A DNA stretch of 64,000 bases from Trichosphaerium sp. ATCC 40318 (GCA_038496445.1 JALMLS010000577.1:310001-374000), one strand, 5' to 3'; positions 10,907-24,014 are shown, counted from the stretch's first letter. The notes: generated by a model not told the origin, from the sequence alone. Made by a program: numbers and translations.

Positions 10907-13900
10907 TCAATTGTTTCGACTCTTCAAAACGCTTCTAAAATCGGTAACAGGGGCTTCATCACCCTTTTTATCATCAGTAGATCCATTTCTACTATTACGT
11001 GATCCAACCGGTTTTAAACCAGCCCTGTAAGAATAACGATAAGAGTGGGAACAAAACTTCGTGGGAATTCTTTGAAAAAAAAAAAAGCCAAACGGCAAGA
11101 CGTACTTAAAATCAATTGGTCCAAAACCAGATTTAGGTCTTCCTCCAAGTCCAGGTTTCTTTAAATGTGCTTTAAAGTCAAAAGTACCAGACGTTGTAGT
11201 TTCTGTGCCAGGGTTTGCAGACGAATTTGTTTTTCTTAATTTGGGAAAGCCACCTCCAAGCATTGCATGCATTCCCATTCCTGGAGGTCGTGCTGATCCT
11301 GCACGTGCTACACCAGGTCTAAAAAATTAATCAACACGTTAAATTTTCGTAACCACGTGATCAAAAAAAACTCTGTGTTTTCTTACAACGCCCAGCAATC
11401 AAAAGTAACTTTTTTTTTTGAGACTTACGAAGTTCCACGGCCTGATCCACGGAGAGACGCTTTGCCTGGAAAAAGATTAATTTCAAACATTAAGCTACCG
11501 TATTTATTATATTTTGGTGAAGTTACTTTTTTTTCCACAAGACACAACGTGGCAGAAATAAATTTTCAAAAAAAAAACAGGAATAAATGAAGAAAATTAC
11601 GAACGTGCTATGATTCCGCCCAATCCTCCTATACCACCACCCATACGTGGTACAATCCTTGGTTTTGGAGTATCATTATCATCATCATCTGGAGGAGCTG
11701 ATTTTATGACTGCTTTATCCTCAATCTCGCCTTGTTTTGTTAGTTTAATACTAATCGGTTTTTCTAAAAAGTTACTCACCCTTTGATATCATAAACGCTC
11801 GTTTTTTAGCAAGCTCTTCTCCAGGTCTTTTCGATTTTGGTTTTCTCTTCATCTCCCTAGATGCTCTCAAACCCCTAGTTGATAATTTACGGACATATTT
11901 GAGTCTAGGTTTATTTGAGATTGGGAGTGGTGGGAGGGAGGCTAAGGAACAAAAATAAGCAAAAAAAAAAAAGCTCTAAAAATAAAGTATTTCTAACATT
12001 CTGGTTCCTTTGGTTCTTCTTCACCGTTTTCTGAAGGTTTCTCGCCTTCAATAGCATCTTTAGGGCCTTCAGTAGCTTCTCCATCTTCTTGAGCTGGCTC
12101 TTCAGTCTTGTCCTTATTCAAAATTAAATTTTATTTCTTTGAAGCTTCAACGTACTCCTTCCTCAGTATCCTTTTGTTCTGAGGCTTCATCACCTTCTGT
12201 ATCAGCAACCACCTTTGGTTCTTCGATCTTATCAGTATCTTCACCTTCGCCATCGCCTTCGCCTTGGTCTTCGTTCCCTTCTGCATCTTGTGGAACTTCT
12301 GCAGGTTCTTCAGGTTCTTTAGGTTCCTTAGGCTCGGCGCCTTGAGCTTGTTCTTCTGCAGCTAGTCTTTGCTTGTTTTCTTCAGCAACTCTTTCAGCTT
12401 CTTTTTGTTCCTCCTCTACTCGTAGACGTTCCTTCTCTTCTTCCTCAATTCGAAGTTTCTCAGCTGCTTCTGCTTCGAGTCGATCCGCTGCTTCTGCTTC
12501 AGCTGCAGCCTTTTCTTCTTCTTCCTTTCTAAGTCGCTCCTCTTCTTCAAGTCGAAGTTTTTCAGCTGCTTCAGCTGCTGCCTTTGCTTCAGCTTCTTTT
12601 TGTTCCTGCTCAACTCTGATACGCTCCTTTTCTTCCTCCTCAAGTCTGAGTCGTTCCTTCTCTTCTTCTTCAAGTCGAAGTTTTTCAGCTGCTTCAGCTG
12701 CTGCCTTTGCTTCAGCTTCTTTTTGTTCCTGCTCAACTCTGATACGTTCCTTTTCTTCCTCCTCAAGTCTGAGTCGTTCCTTCTCTTCTTCTTCAAGGCG
12801 AAGTTTCTCAGCGGCTTCAGCCTCTATCCTTGCTTTTTCTGCAGCTGCCTCCTCTTCTTCAATTCTCAACCTCTCAGCTTCAGCTTCTAGCCTGGCTTTT
12901 TCTTCCTCTGCAAGTCTTTGTCTTTCTTTCTCTTCTTCCTCAAGTCGAAGTTTCTCAGCTGCTTCTGCTTCAGCTGCAGCCTTTTCTTCTTCCTCCTTTC
13001 GAACTCGTTCCTCTTCTTCAAGTCGAAGTTTTTCAGCTGCTTCAGCTGCTGCTTTTTCTTCTTCTTGTCTTAAACGTTCAGCTTCAGCAGCTTTTTCTTC
13101 TTCTTCAAGTCGAAGTTTCTCAGCTGCTTCAGCTTCAATCCTTGCCTTCTCTTCAGCTTCAACTCTGGCTTTCTCAGCTGCTTCTTCGGCAGCTTTCTCT
13201 TCTTGTCGGATTCTTTCAGCTTCAGCTTCAGCCTCTAGCCTTGCTTTTTCTGCAGCTGCCTCCTCTTCTTCAATTCTTAACCTCTCAGCTTCTAGCCTGG
13301 CTTGTTCCTCCTCTGCAAGTCTTTGTCTTTCTAGCTCTTCTTCCTCAAGTCGAAGTTTCTCAGCTGCTTCTGCTTCAGCAGCCTTTTCTTCTTCCTCCTT
13401 TCGAACTCGTTCCTCTTCTTCGGCTCTAAGCTTTTCCGCTGCTTCTTCTTGCTCAACTCTGATACGCTCCTTTTCTACCTCCTCAAGTCTGAGTCGTTCC
13501 TTCTCTTCTTCTTCAAGGCGAAGTTTCTCAGCGGCTTCAGCTTCGGCAATCCTTGCCTTCTCTTCAGCTTCAACTCTAGCTTTCTCAGCTGCTTCTTCGG
13601 CAGCTTTCTCTTCTTGTCGGATTCTTTCAGCTTCAGCTTCAGCCTTTTGACGCTTTGCTTCTCGTTCAGCAAAAAGAGCAGCTTCTCTTTCTAATCGAAG
13701 CATCTCTTCTTCTTCTTTTGCAATCCTTTGGCGCTCACGCTCTTTTTCTTTCTCTTCGGCTAGTTTCTGTTCTCTTGATTCTTCTTCAAGACGTTCCTTT
13801 TCAGCTGCTAGTGAAGATTGTATTTGTGCAAGACGCTCACTCTTGACTTTTTGTGCTTTAAGCTAAACAAACAATCAGTATTTAAGTCCTTTGTTTGTTT

Positions 13901-15092
13901 TCTTTTCAAAATTTTATGCATAAGATTTGAGACAGTTGTATGCTTGATGCTGAAGGTAAAAATGCAAAATAACTCCAAATAAATATGTATGACATCATCA
14001 AAAAGGGATATGATAAACAATAAATAAAAAAACCGTTGACGCTGGAACGTTTCTTCTGCATTCCAAAAAAACAAAACTAGAAGTTTTTTTGTGACAAAAA
14101 AAATAAATCAGTAAAAGAAGTCGTTTATAATAGATCATACCGCCTTCTTTTCTTCCTCAAGTTCGACCTGAACTCTATCTCTCTCTTCTTGTTGCTTCCT
14201 TGCTTCATCTATATCTATAATGAATTTTTCTGAAGGCATACTACTTTGCGAATCTAATCACGTGAGTTAACAATGGCTTTGTAGTCACAACAACATTTCG
14301 ATGTAATAATTAAATAAATAAATTAAAATAAATTACCATGAGCTTCATTATCATCTAATACGCCAATAGGCTTGAAAGACTCGCGTTCAAGAGTTGCTGT
14401 AAGACCTCGTGTCATTTGTTTAGGTACAGAGCTCAATACTGACTTTGTACGCTCTTTAATAACCCTATTATCCTTTGGTTCTGTATTACCATCTCCTGTT
14501 CTTAATTCTAATGCATCTTTCTTTAAAAACAAAGGTTATCGAAGGGAGCACTGTAATTATCGAATGAAAAAAAAAAAAAAACGTTTTTTTTTTCGATAAC
14601 AAAGTATAAACACGTGTTGTTTAAAGACTTTCTACTCCTTTGATGTTTTTTCTGAGTCACAATGAAGGTTCAGAAATTGTCACTTACTGTTTCTTTGTGC
14701 CTTTTCTTTTTTTTAAATGCTTTACTACTACACCCACGTGATTAGTAATGCACTACTTATATAGAGCGTGATCCAAAGATGATGCTTAGATAATCTTTTT
14801 TTTTTCAAAAAACCAAAAACCAAATACGCACTTTTCAGCCTCTACACTTCTGAATTTACTCTCCAGATCATCCTCGTCTTCAAATTTCGCATAAGGGTTT
14901 GATTTCTTTGGTGTCTTACTAGGTGATGAAAGAACATCGTCCTACAGAAACCAAAACACTGTCAAAACAACTACACTTTAAAAAAAACCCCTAAAATATT
15001 ACCGAGTGGCGGGCTCCAGAGAGCAGTTTCTGTTTTTCACTTACATGTGCATCTCCCGCTTTATTGCCCTTTTTAGAGGAGCAACAACCCAT
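10907..15092 (-). CDS. Predicted N-acylated protein with long E/A/K/R helical rod and C-terminal DFRxxL/WH2-like motifs (multi-exon)
   Basis: ATG 15092 gives MGCCSSKKG. ORF 12147..13703 is EAKR-rich with internal DNA repeats. Last exons encode GGGFPKLRKT, FDFKAHLKK, IDFKAGLKP (spliced) and TDFRSVLKSR. Confidence 0.65.
12370..13650 (-). repeat. Intragenic degenerate tandem repeats encoding AEAAEKLRLEEEEKER units
   Basis: Visible near-identical blocks, e.g. 12540-12670 vs 12660-12790, and 13130-13230 vs 13550-13645. Confidence 0.8.
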
Positions 15093-15296
15093 TTTGCGGT
15101 TTAGGTTATTTGTATAAAGCGGCAAATTTGAACGAAAAGATCTTCAAACTAAGGTCAACCGTCTTTGATATTAAAAAAAGATATCGGGATCGATAAAAAA
15201 TACTCCGTTGAATACGTATTGCTATCGTCACGTGATATTTTTGGCTGAAATCACGTGACACAAAAGATAAAACAAATAATGTGTCTTGTGGTATTT

Positions 15297-16294
15297 TTAC
15301 GGTTTATACAATTTTAGCTCCGGTGGAAGGTCCTCTTCGCTGTATGTCTTGTCGCAGAAATAAATTCGTCGTATACGAGTATTTGCGTGCACTTGAATTC
15401 TAGCCGTTTCTACGTATTCTGTGCCATAAGCACGCTTTGTAAGGTCTGCTAGGTCTAACACGATCTGGTTCCAACCTCCGTCGAGCTGTAAAGGGATAGT
15501 ACAAATGTATTCTTGGCGTCTAGTTTTCGCCTAAAAAAGATTACAAAAAAAAATGTCAATATCTTTCATTTTCTAATCGGTTGTACGCACTTGGTAGTTA
15601 GAAGTTCTTATCCGCTTCAGTGCACCTTTATTATCTATAATTTGTACTTCCAAAGTAAAGTACCGATCAAGCTATACAATTGTAAGAAGGCAGTTGACGA
15701 ATTTTTTTCTGTAACAGCTGTACATACATTTTTTACAACGAAAGTTAAGTACTGTAACTTTATACCAAGTGTCTTTTTTGGATCAGCATATGGGCAAGTG
15801 AGATAAGTATCACTCAAGTTTCTACATACAAAATGTTTAGGGAGAGACCATAAATAGCAGTAGACTGAGAGGTTTTTGAAAAAAAAGTGTTTTCGAAAAA
15901 CCCATTTTCTCGACCTCTAAGTAATTTATTGCAACGTTGGTTCGCTAACAAGTTCCACGCGCGCTTGGGGTGTCTGTAGCTACTTTTTTGTCGTGCATAT
16001 GTAAAAAACGTTTTTTTACGTACGCATCTGTACATCGTAGCTCATAAGCTACAGACTGAATATCATCATCATTAACCATTCCAGCTAAGCCTTTTTTACC
16101 GACTATTGTACGCAGTAAGCCAACATTTTTGTTTTCTTCCTTCTAAAGCGTAAAATACGCACCTTTTTTATGCCACAGTTGTAATGGATGGCTTCTGTAG
16201 TTTTTATTATTACATTAACTTATATTGGCTATTTTTCGTACCCTATAGCGTAGAAGACCGATAAAACACCATTTTGAAATGTATTTCGAAACAT
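15297..16294 (-). CDS. CFAP20: Cilia- and flagella-associated protein 20 (BUG22/C16orf80) homolog, multi-exon
   Basis: Spliced translation [18 protein letters not shown]...DDIQS...[18 protein letters not shown]...[24 protein letters not shown]...[22 protein letters not shown] matches the CFAP20 consensus. Confidence 0.9.
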
Positions 16295-16599
16295 AATGAC
16301 AAATCTACAGCAAAAAGCCTATACCCCGAAGAAAATGACCACAGAGGCTTTTAGTGACGCGAAACACTCGAAGAGAAACAAAATACAGGTCAACAAACCT
16401 CAAACCGTTTATTTTTTTTGAATTCCTCTTTGCTTCCTAAATAAACCGAACAAGCTCTGAGCGATGACTTTCGCCATTGATGTGGATAGGTTGTTTTTTT
16501 TTTTTTAATGGATTCTTCTTTGCACGTGACTTTGATTTTATTGTCCATCTATTTTATCAAGAGGGTGAGCATGAAGGCTAGGTACAAGTTGTCTTGCTA

Positions 16600-18025
16600 G
16601 ATTGTCACCGTATTCAATGAGACCCATAAAGTAATGACATACTTTAACTTGCTATTTATATTTGAGATACGGTATAAAACGAACAGTACAGAGAGCGTAC
16701 GTTGATGATATTTGGATAATGAATAAGAACTTGTTCATTATTGTGTTGAACAAGTGCAAAAACTCTCAAACTTCTTCCACTTGTCACGTGTCCAAAGATT
16801 ATCGGTGGGCTGAGTTGGCCTACTTTTGTTGGTGCCCTTGCTTTTAGTGTGAAGAATAAATGATTCCAAGCACTCATAAGCTTGCTCATTTGATAGAATA
16901 GTGCGTTCCTAAATACACTCGTTAAGCCAAAGACAGATGTCAAATTATGGGCTCACATATTGCTATTATCCTCTTCTGGATGAAAGTACCCAACAGCGAA
17001 AGGAAGGCATACTTCGCTGCTTCTTCCAGAATACATCTGGGATACCCAAGAACAATCTTTTTCAAATAGCGAGCGCTTGAAACCAATAAAAATGTCTGAC
17101 TTCAAGTTGAATGAAAAGGGAAACAAGTCGAAGAAACTACCATTGAGTTTGGTTCTCCTAATGCTGTAAGGATGAAGTTATGCTCCCGTGTCTGAGACGT
17201 ACAATGTATAGTCAGTGGTTTTTGAATAACTAAACACTTGCATTGCATGCAAAATGTAATGTAGGAGGTAGTCAGGCTTGCTACCGCCTTCCCACGATTC
17301 AAAAGCTGAGAGAAACTTCGAAACAAAATCTCGTTGAAGGTTTGACTTTGCGTAGCATGACATAACGTTTTCTAGTGTCTTTATAGCACCCTTTAGGTTG
17401 CTGACATTGAATTCGGGGCTAGCTATTGACTGTGTGTAAACGTCTAACCCACTGGAACCAAAAATATGGCGCTGGAAGTCAGGTTGAATTTGCTTCAAGT
17501 TCGAACTGCCTCTCTTTTCTAGGAAGCTCCCTTGCTCAAATAGCCTACCCGTAATTACTATGGAACTAATAATAACATTTCCCTACTTCTCAATTATACA
17601 CGGTTCTAGATCAACAACATCTGTTTCGGTACTAGTGTCACTAATCGAAGAATCGCTAGTGTAATCAACGCTATGATGGATTATTTCTGATGTTTAAAAA
17701 GATGATAACTCTTCAGTACCTGTCATCGTCTAAATGATTTTCAACACGCTCCCTAAGAGCGTTAAAGAATACTACACGTTTGTCTATGTCGTCTATGAGT
17801 TTGTATAGAGTTATACCATCCTGCAAGAAGTGAAAGGGTTCTATCTCAGAATCAGTTTGGTTTGTAATTTTTTTCGACTACATTACCTGTAAGAACACGT
17901 GCTGCGTTTATGTCGTGTACACCTATTCTTCTTAGGTATATAGCAATAGACTCTATCTCCAAGGAGCCAAGGTTTGCTTCAGTAGCAACTTCTTGAAGCC
18001 ATGGTGCTGCCCTAATATGCGCCAT
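16600..18025 (-). CDS. Hypothetical multi-exon protein
   Basis: ATG 18025 (MAHIRAAPWLQEV), open exons including 17178..17498, GT-AG junctions. 3' end uncertain; no family recognised. Confidence 0.4.
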
Positions 18026-18183
18026 TGTACTCTGAGCTATTAAGTCAACAGTTACAGGTGCCTTACCTTTGGAAATTTGAAGCCCTTACTAAGTGGTAGA
18101 CTGTGCACTATACAGCTCTTCTCACTGGAACTTGAAAAGCAAACTGCATCGAGAGTTTTGAAACGCCAGTGATTCTCTAAAAA

Positions 18184-19110
18184 GTGCAAACGATTCAACT
18201 TGGCTTAATCTCCCTACGCGCTTCGTTGATGCTGATAGCGACAACTAAGCTATCCCACGCTGTTTCTAAGGTATTAGCTACGCCGAACAAGCGTTATGCG
18301 CACGTGACAACACAAAACAGATCCAAAGTACAAGTTTGCTTTGCTTCAGCTATATACAGAACAAAGTTGGACCTGTTTGAAGAAAATAAAGATTTAACGG
18401 CATGCGCTGTATCTCTTTATAATAACACAAAGAACAGGCTAGTAAAAGAACATAATGAGACTTTAAACACTTATAAAGGCGTCACACTTGGGTCAGCTAT
18501 AAACAACGAACTTTTTGATGCTCAAAAAAAGTTCCTTCTTTCCGAACACCGACACATGTTTGAGGATATTCCTGCGTTTAAAACGATGCATAGATCTTTA
18601 TCACGTGAAGCTGTATCATTTGCTAGCAATGTGTATGGTATTAAAATTGAAGAAGACAAGCTTCTTTTTCCCAAAATGTATTGTTGGACATCAGTACATC
18701 TTTGTGGTAAAAGTATACACCCTATACATGTGCACGAAGATGCTATGATTAGTGGTGTTTACTATACATCAGCGCCGCCAGGTTCAAGTAATTTGGAGTT
18801 CTATAATCCAGTCGGTTATTATCCTTACTCAGTAGATTCTCAAGGTAAAAATCCAAAGACGCCACATCCGGCATTTGATGGACGAGTTATTGTTAAACCT
18901 GAGGAAGGCTTGCTAGTTATGTTTCCGTCATATATGCCTCACGCTGTGAAGGAGCGAGCACAAACAAACCATGATATTAATGTTGATAGAACAGAAAAAG
19001 AAGGAGATGAGCTATACAGAGTATCCTTCTCATTTAATATTCTCGGCAGTTGGATGAGTGTTTCTTCATCAAGCTTGTCAATACCAACAATCACTAACCA
19101 GAAAATATAA
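18184..19110 (+). CDS. 2OG-Fe(II) oxygenase, TIGR02466/2OG-FeII_Oxy_5-like
   Basis: HPIHVHEDAMISGVYY, LEFYNP, PEEGLLVMFPSYMPHAV and RVSFSFNI motifs. 5' end uncertain. Confidence 0.8.
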   Translation: MQTIQLGLISLRASLMLIATTKLSHAVSKVLATPNKRYAHVTTQNRSKVQVCFASAIYRTKLDLFEENKDLTACAVSLYNNTKNRLVKEHNETLNTYKGVTLGSAINNELFDAQKKFLLSEHRHMFEDIPAFKTMHRSLSREAVSFASNVYGIKIEEDKLLFPKMYCWTSVHLCGKSIHPIHVHEDAMISGVYYTSAPPGSSNLEFYNPVGYYPYSVDSQGKNPKTPHPAFDGRVIVKPEEGLLVMFPSYMPHAVKERAQTNHDINVDRTEKEGDELYRVSFSFNILGSWMSVSSSSLSIPTITNQKI

Positions 19111-20833
19111 TTTACATATAACCACGAGAAGTACTGCAACTTGCAAGATATTTATAACCAAACTTGCACAATAAAGACCAAGTTTGGAAAAGAACAATGT
19201 CAAGTATAAAAAAAAATAACATCTAAATGCTGTGACACTTCCATTTACTCCGCGTATTCGACTTCTAAGGGTAGTACAGATACAATACATTCATCTCATC
19301 ATTTCCTTTTGTTGCATGACTAACAATCTTCCAAACGACACTACAGGTTCAAAAAAATATGAGGTTATGTTAATCGATTCACTCACTTGGAAATGTCATG
19401 TTATTGTTGTTGCCACTTTTCAGAAGTTCTATAAAGTCTTACTCGTATGAGGCCTTAAAGTTATGTCCAACAAGCCTCTTATGCAGACTTGGAAAATTGT
19501 CAGAGTGTTGAGCACGTTTAGCACTCCAAAAGCACGTGTCTTTAGGACAAGAAGAAGAATGCCCGAACTTCTACCGTGCTAAATTATTCACTAATTAGTC
19601 TAACAAAGCAGTTGGACATTCTTAACCGTTTTTCTTACATTTCACTTGACGTTAGGTGAGCTGTATGCATTATTTATGTAGGTGTCTTTTTAACATATTC
19701 CTATGGTTCACAAGTTAGGGTGTACCTCATTGAACCACTTTTTAAAACAGTTTTTTCCATGTGAGTGAGATTCGGCGAGTATGGTTTTACGACGCTGTGT
19801 AATCACGCGCAACTCAATGACTTGAATAGTTCGTGAATACGTATGTTCAATGGGGTTGCGTTCTACCTTTTTGGCTTTGACTTGTCGGAGTAAGTCACTG
19901 TATTTGGTTTTCAAAAGAAAACTAGTGCTTTTCTCTTATGTCAGCATCAACGATTATGAGTTTAGAAGTGGTATCCATTGTACCGTAACCCAAGCCATCA
20001 AGTAAAATAGGTTTTAGGCGTACGACATACTGTTGCAGCTCAAGTTTTAGTGCTTTTGATGGCAATGGTTTGCGTTGTTAGCAGTGCATCACTTGCAAGC
20101 GTCTGTTCTGGTTGCGACTTCTAAAAAAACTAACGCGTATTATGACTTCCAGTAACGAGAGCTTAGTCACTTAAACAAGTGCTATGTATTGATAATACAG
20201 AGTAAAGGCTTCAAAAAGTGTCGTCACTCATTTTGGAATTATCAGCACCTTCTGGAGTCTACCTATACGTAGTATCAGCGCCTGTTGTTGTATTGTAGTC
20301 AGTAAAATTGATGACTTGCCATGCAACTTTTTTTAGCGTCTTACAAACAACGCTAATGTATCGAATCAACATCACCTTACCTCCCATACGCCGTACAAGA
20401 GTACATAGTATTTAGTACGACAGAAATACTATGCCAAACGCACGTATTGGCAGAGCAGTGTAGGCGCATGTTAGAACCCTGGCAATGGGTTGAATAGTAC
20501 GTACTTGGTTTTTTTGTTGCAATTTCGTTGTGTTTAACGTTGAGAAGCTCTCGTACCCATGAAGTTGACGGCAGGCCAGGCGCAAAGCTAAACTAAAGAT
20601 CGTTTAAACCGTTTTGTTGTTGAAGCTTTTAATGATCCAAACTCTACACAAAGTACACTATCTTCGCACTGTTTTAGTCAGCTCCCTTTCGAGTAATCGA
20701 TAAACAGGTCTTTAAAAACCGCTTAAAATTATACTACGCGTATGTCCATGCATGGTACTAATTATATAAAGCAACCATTCGCTCTCTGTAGTTTTGGTTG
20801 GTTTTGAAAAAAAAACTTTATCGTGTGCGAAGA

Positions 20834-22284
20834 ATGTCCACGGAGCACCTTCAAAAGGTATGTCACATGACTTGTTTGATTTTTTTATTGTAAAGAAAAG
20901 AAAACTCCTCGTTTTTACACCGTTGATATAAACTTACAACGTGTTCCTACGCCAACAAAATTACGGCACGTGAAATTATAGTTTTTTTTTTGGCTCTTTG
21001 ATTCAAAAGTTTTTTGTCCGTTTTTCTCGTTTTTCTCGTTTTTGACGACTGAAAAGCCAAACTATTTGCTTTAAAAAATTCTACTGAGATTTGTTTTGCA
21101 CGTGCAAATGACCAAAACTAGAAAACGTAAAATTTTATTCTTGCACGGCAATCTCAAAAAAAAAAAATTCTATTTGAAAGTTTTTTTTATCTTCTTCCAG
21201 TGCTTTCCGTATCATAAGACATGGGAGGTACAATTCTATGGGCTAAACTGATTTAGGCCTAAATTGCACTTTCTACCTATGTAACTGGTGTACAGTTAAA
21301 GAACTGAGCGTTGAATAATAACACAAATAACAAAAACAATTTTTGACGCCAGTTTAATGGAGACAAACCTATTTCGTTTCTGACTGCCTAAAAGGATTTT
21401 ATATGCATAAAACAAGTACGCTACTACTTTATTGTTTCTTATACACAATAAATAAGCCAATAAATCCAGCAATTAATCAAGTTTTTAGTCATTGTCAAGC
21501 GATTACCAACCAACCTCCCAAGAACATTAAAAAACACAAGTATTTACCTCATTGATGTCTTTAACGTACGTACATTTATAACAACGGTTGGAATTGCTGC
21601 TTGTTGTTTTCACAATCATGTTTACATTCGATTTGGATGCAATGCTCGTGACGCTTGTGGTGTCCAAAGCTAAAGGGGACATTTAAGTAAACTGGTTTTT
21701 TTTTAGGCAAAGAAAATCAACAAGCAAGATTGTAACACGCTCTAAAACACGTGTACGAAGAGAATTAAGACGTATAGAGCTCCTAAGAAAATATGGCAGG
21801 TGTTTTGAGTATGACAATTCAAAGCGTGGTAACTTGTGTAAGTAGTTCCTAAGAACAAGATTAAAAGGAATTTAAACACGTTTTTCTCACGTGATATTTT
21901 TTTTTTTTTACGTTAACGTTCCTCCCTTTTTAACTGTTTTCTTCTAGATGGTGAGTTTGATTCAAATACTTTCGTACCTTGTTCTGCTATAGATATTATT
22001 CGAGGCGTGAATTACTTTATCAGTAACCTACCAGACGGCAGGTTTCAGTTACACAAAGCAATCGCCACTACTCTTAACTCTCATGTTCACAAGCACTATG
22101 ATCGCTTTACTGGGGACGCTGAAGTAAGTGTTTTCGCCCCCCAGCATTAGTAACTGTAAAGATGAAAAGAATAAAACATTATTTACAGTACAACGCTGTA
22201 GAATTAATCTGTGTACCTGAGATCCCTTCACATGAAAAATTCTCAGTACTGGTTCGCTTTGTTGCCTCGTTCACGGCATGTTAA
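20834..22284 (+). CDS. Hypothetical multi-exon protein
   Basis: ATG 20834 followed by a GT donor. Open exons flanked by polypyrimidine-AG/GT at ~21707-21799, ~21948-22123 and ~22189-22284. Confidence 0.35.
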
Positions 22285-22929
22285 ACAAGTACCAGGGTTA
22301 ACTTAGTCTAGCAAAATTATCTGGGGACCCACCCAGTACAATGAAGATAAAGTAGCCTACGGGAGAGGGCGGTTTTTTTCATGGATTTCCGCGCTTTCTG
22401 ATTTTTGTCAAACCTTTGTCCGAGTTTGCCGGGACGCCATGTAAAGGGAAATCCCTGCGTCGCCTCCATTAGTTAGTTTTTATTAAATAACGTCATGCCC
22501 TGTATCAATCACAATTACTGCGTCTTAAACCTGAAACAGTACCAGAATTTACGTAGCACATGAATCGTTAACAGGAAAAATACAAAACATACATTTGATA
22601 GAAATGTATTCGTTTACCCTCCATACTCTCTTTACCTATATTTGCCGTGTTAAACACGCGTGTTCCGAGCAATTGAAGTCTATTGTCCAAAAGTGGAATT
22701 CTGTACTTTGTTATTTTCTGATAATACAACAAAGGTTTGGAAATTCTCAGTCTTGGTTCTTTCCAGGCGTGTATACATCATTGTTGTATTGTTGAGTGAT
22801 ATCAATTATTAAAACCGCATTGTCTATACCCCTTTTTTAACATTTCACTCAGCTATCACTCAGCGGTTGAAACCATTCATTTATTTAAGATACAACAAGC
22901 ACAACAACAACTCTCCAAATAAACAAACA

Positions 22930-23926
22930 ATGGAAACCGTACAACAAGCAACCAACAAAACTTTTCAACTTGGAAGAGGAGTATGGAACGTACCAATATG
23001 TAAGCTTCTCCAACTGTACAAGAACTTGTTCTTGTGTGAAGATAAGGTACAGTACAAAGCATTCAACAGCATGTGAGCGTTCAATATCTCATTTTTTATT
23101 TGATAGCTCCAATTTTCAATCTGCAAAGAGACAAAGTCTTTACATCTTGTATGGCCTCAACCTGGTGGTGACAGTAACTCAGTCAAAGTTGAGGAAGGTA
23201 TAATTGTCGAGATAGCGAAAAACGATAATAATAAAGGTATGTAATCGAGATCAACATTTCTTTTTGTAGCAGCTAAGACTGAGACTAATTTTCTAATTTT
23301 TAGGTGTTTATTATGTCAGCGCTTTTGAAACCAAGTTCACTCTTCAAACGCTTTACTACATTGGTATGAGAGGTGAAAGACCTCCTATTGGAACACTTCT
23401 CGTATCTATCAAGGGTGATCCGAGTTGTATCAATCATGTCGAACCAGCAACACCAAAACAAAAAGTGTCTTCTTCGCTATGTCGTTTTATCACATGTGAC
23501 GACACTGAAGGCTGTGGTGTCAAGAAGCTGTGTATATGCAGAAGACCGAAACACCGTTGTCAACCAATCCACACAATTGATAACTTGTGTATTAAAGCAT
23601 GTGAGAAAAAAGCACACAAAGCGTTCTTGATCTCTCAAATGAAACACGTGTACCTCGATCCGAAATACGTTGACAATGTTCTCATCAAATATTTGGATGG
23701 AGATACAAAGGCAAAGCTACATGGAACCTCTTCATTCAGATGTCCATTCTGCCTCGAAAAATCATTCACTTTCAATGAGCTAAGAGTGCACACTTACAAA
23801 GTACATGACTATCGTCAAGCGGCCAACCATGTACCTCAACTCATTCCTGCACCTGGAGGTGCAGCGTGGGCTGACAATCCTTGGTGGGAGTTAGCATACA
23901 ACAATTGGAAAAAATTCTGTATGTAA
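22930..23926 (+). CDS. Hypothetical Cys/His-rich C2H2-finger protein (copy 2; 3 exons)
   Basis: Paralog of 975..1972 with the same intron positions. Homology extends ~265 bp upstream (22662 vs 708). Confidence 0.7.
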
Positions 23927-24014
23927 AACAACCTAACGGTTGAACGACTTTCTAATGTATCATAATAAATACTCAGCAACATTTTCATTTAATTAAGATT
24001 CGCCTTTGTCTTAG

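Noticed and set aside
12373-13650. 425-aa Ser/Ala/Phe-rich plus-strand ORF and other overlapping ORFs
   Set aside because: Antisense shadow of the GAA/GCT/AAG-rich repeat coding strand.
19150-20760. Possible minus-strand multi-exon gene or stop-codon reassignment
   Set aside because: Candidate exons contain stops in all frames tried. Conserved genes in the window end at TAA, TAG and TGA, so the code looks standard; at best a decayed gene.
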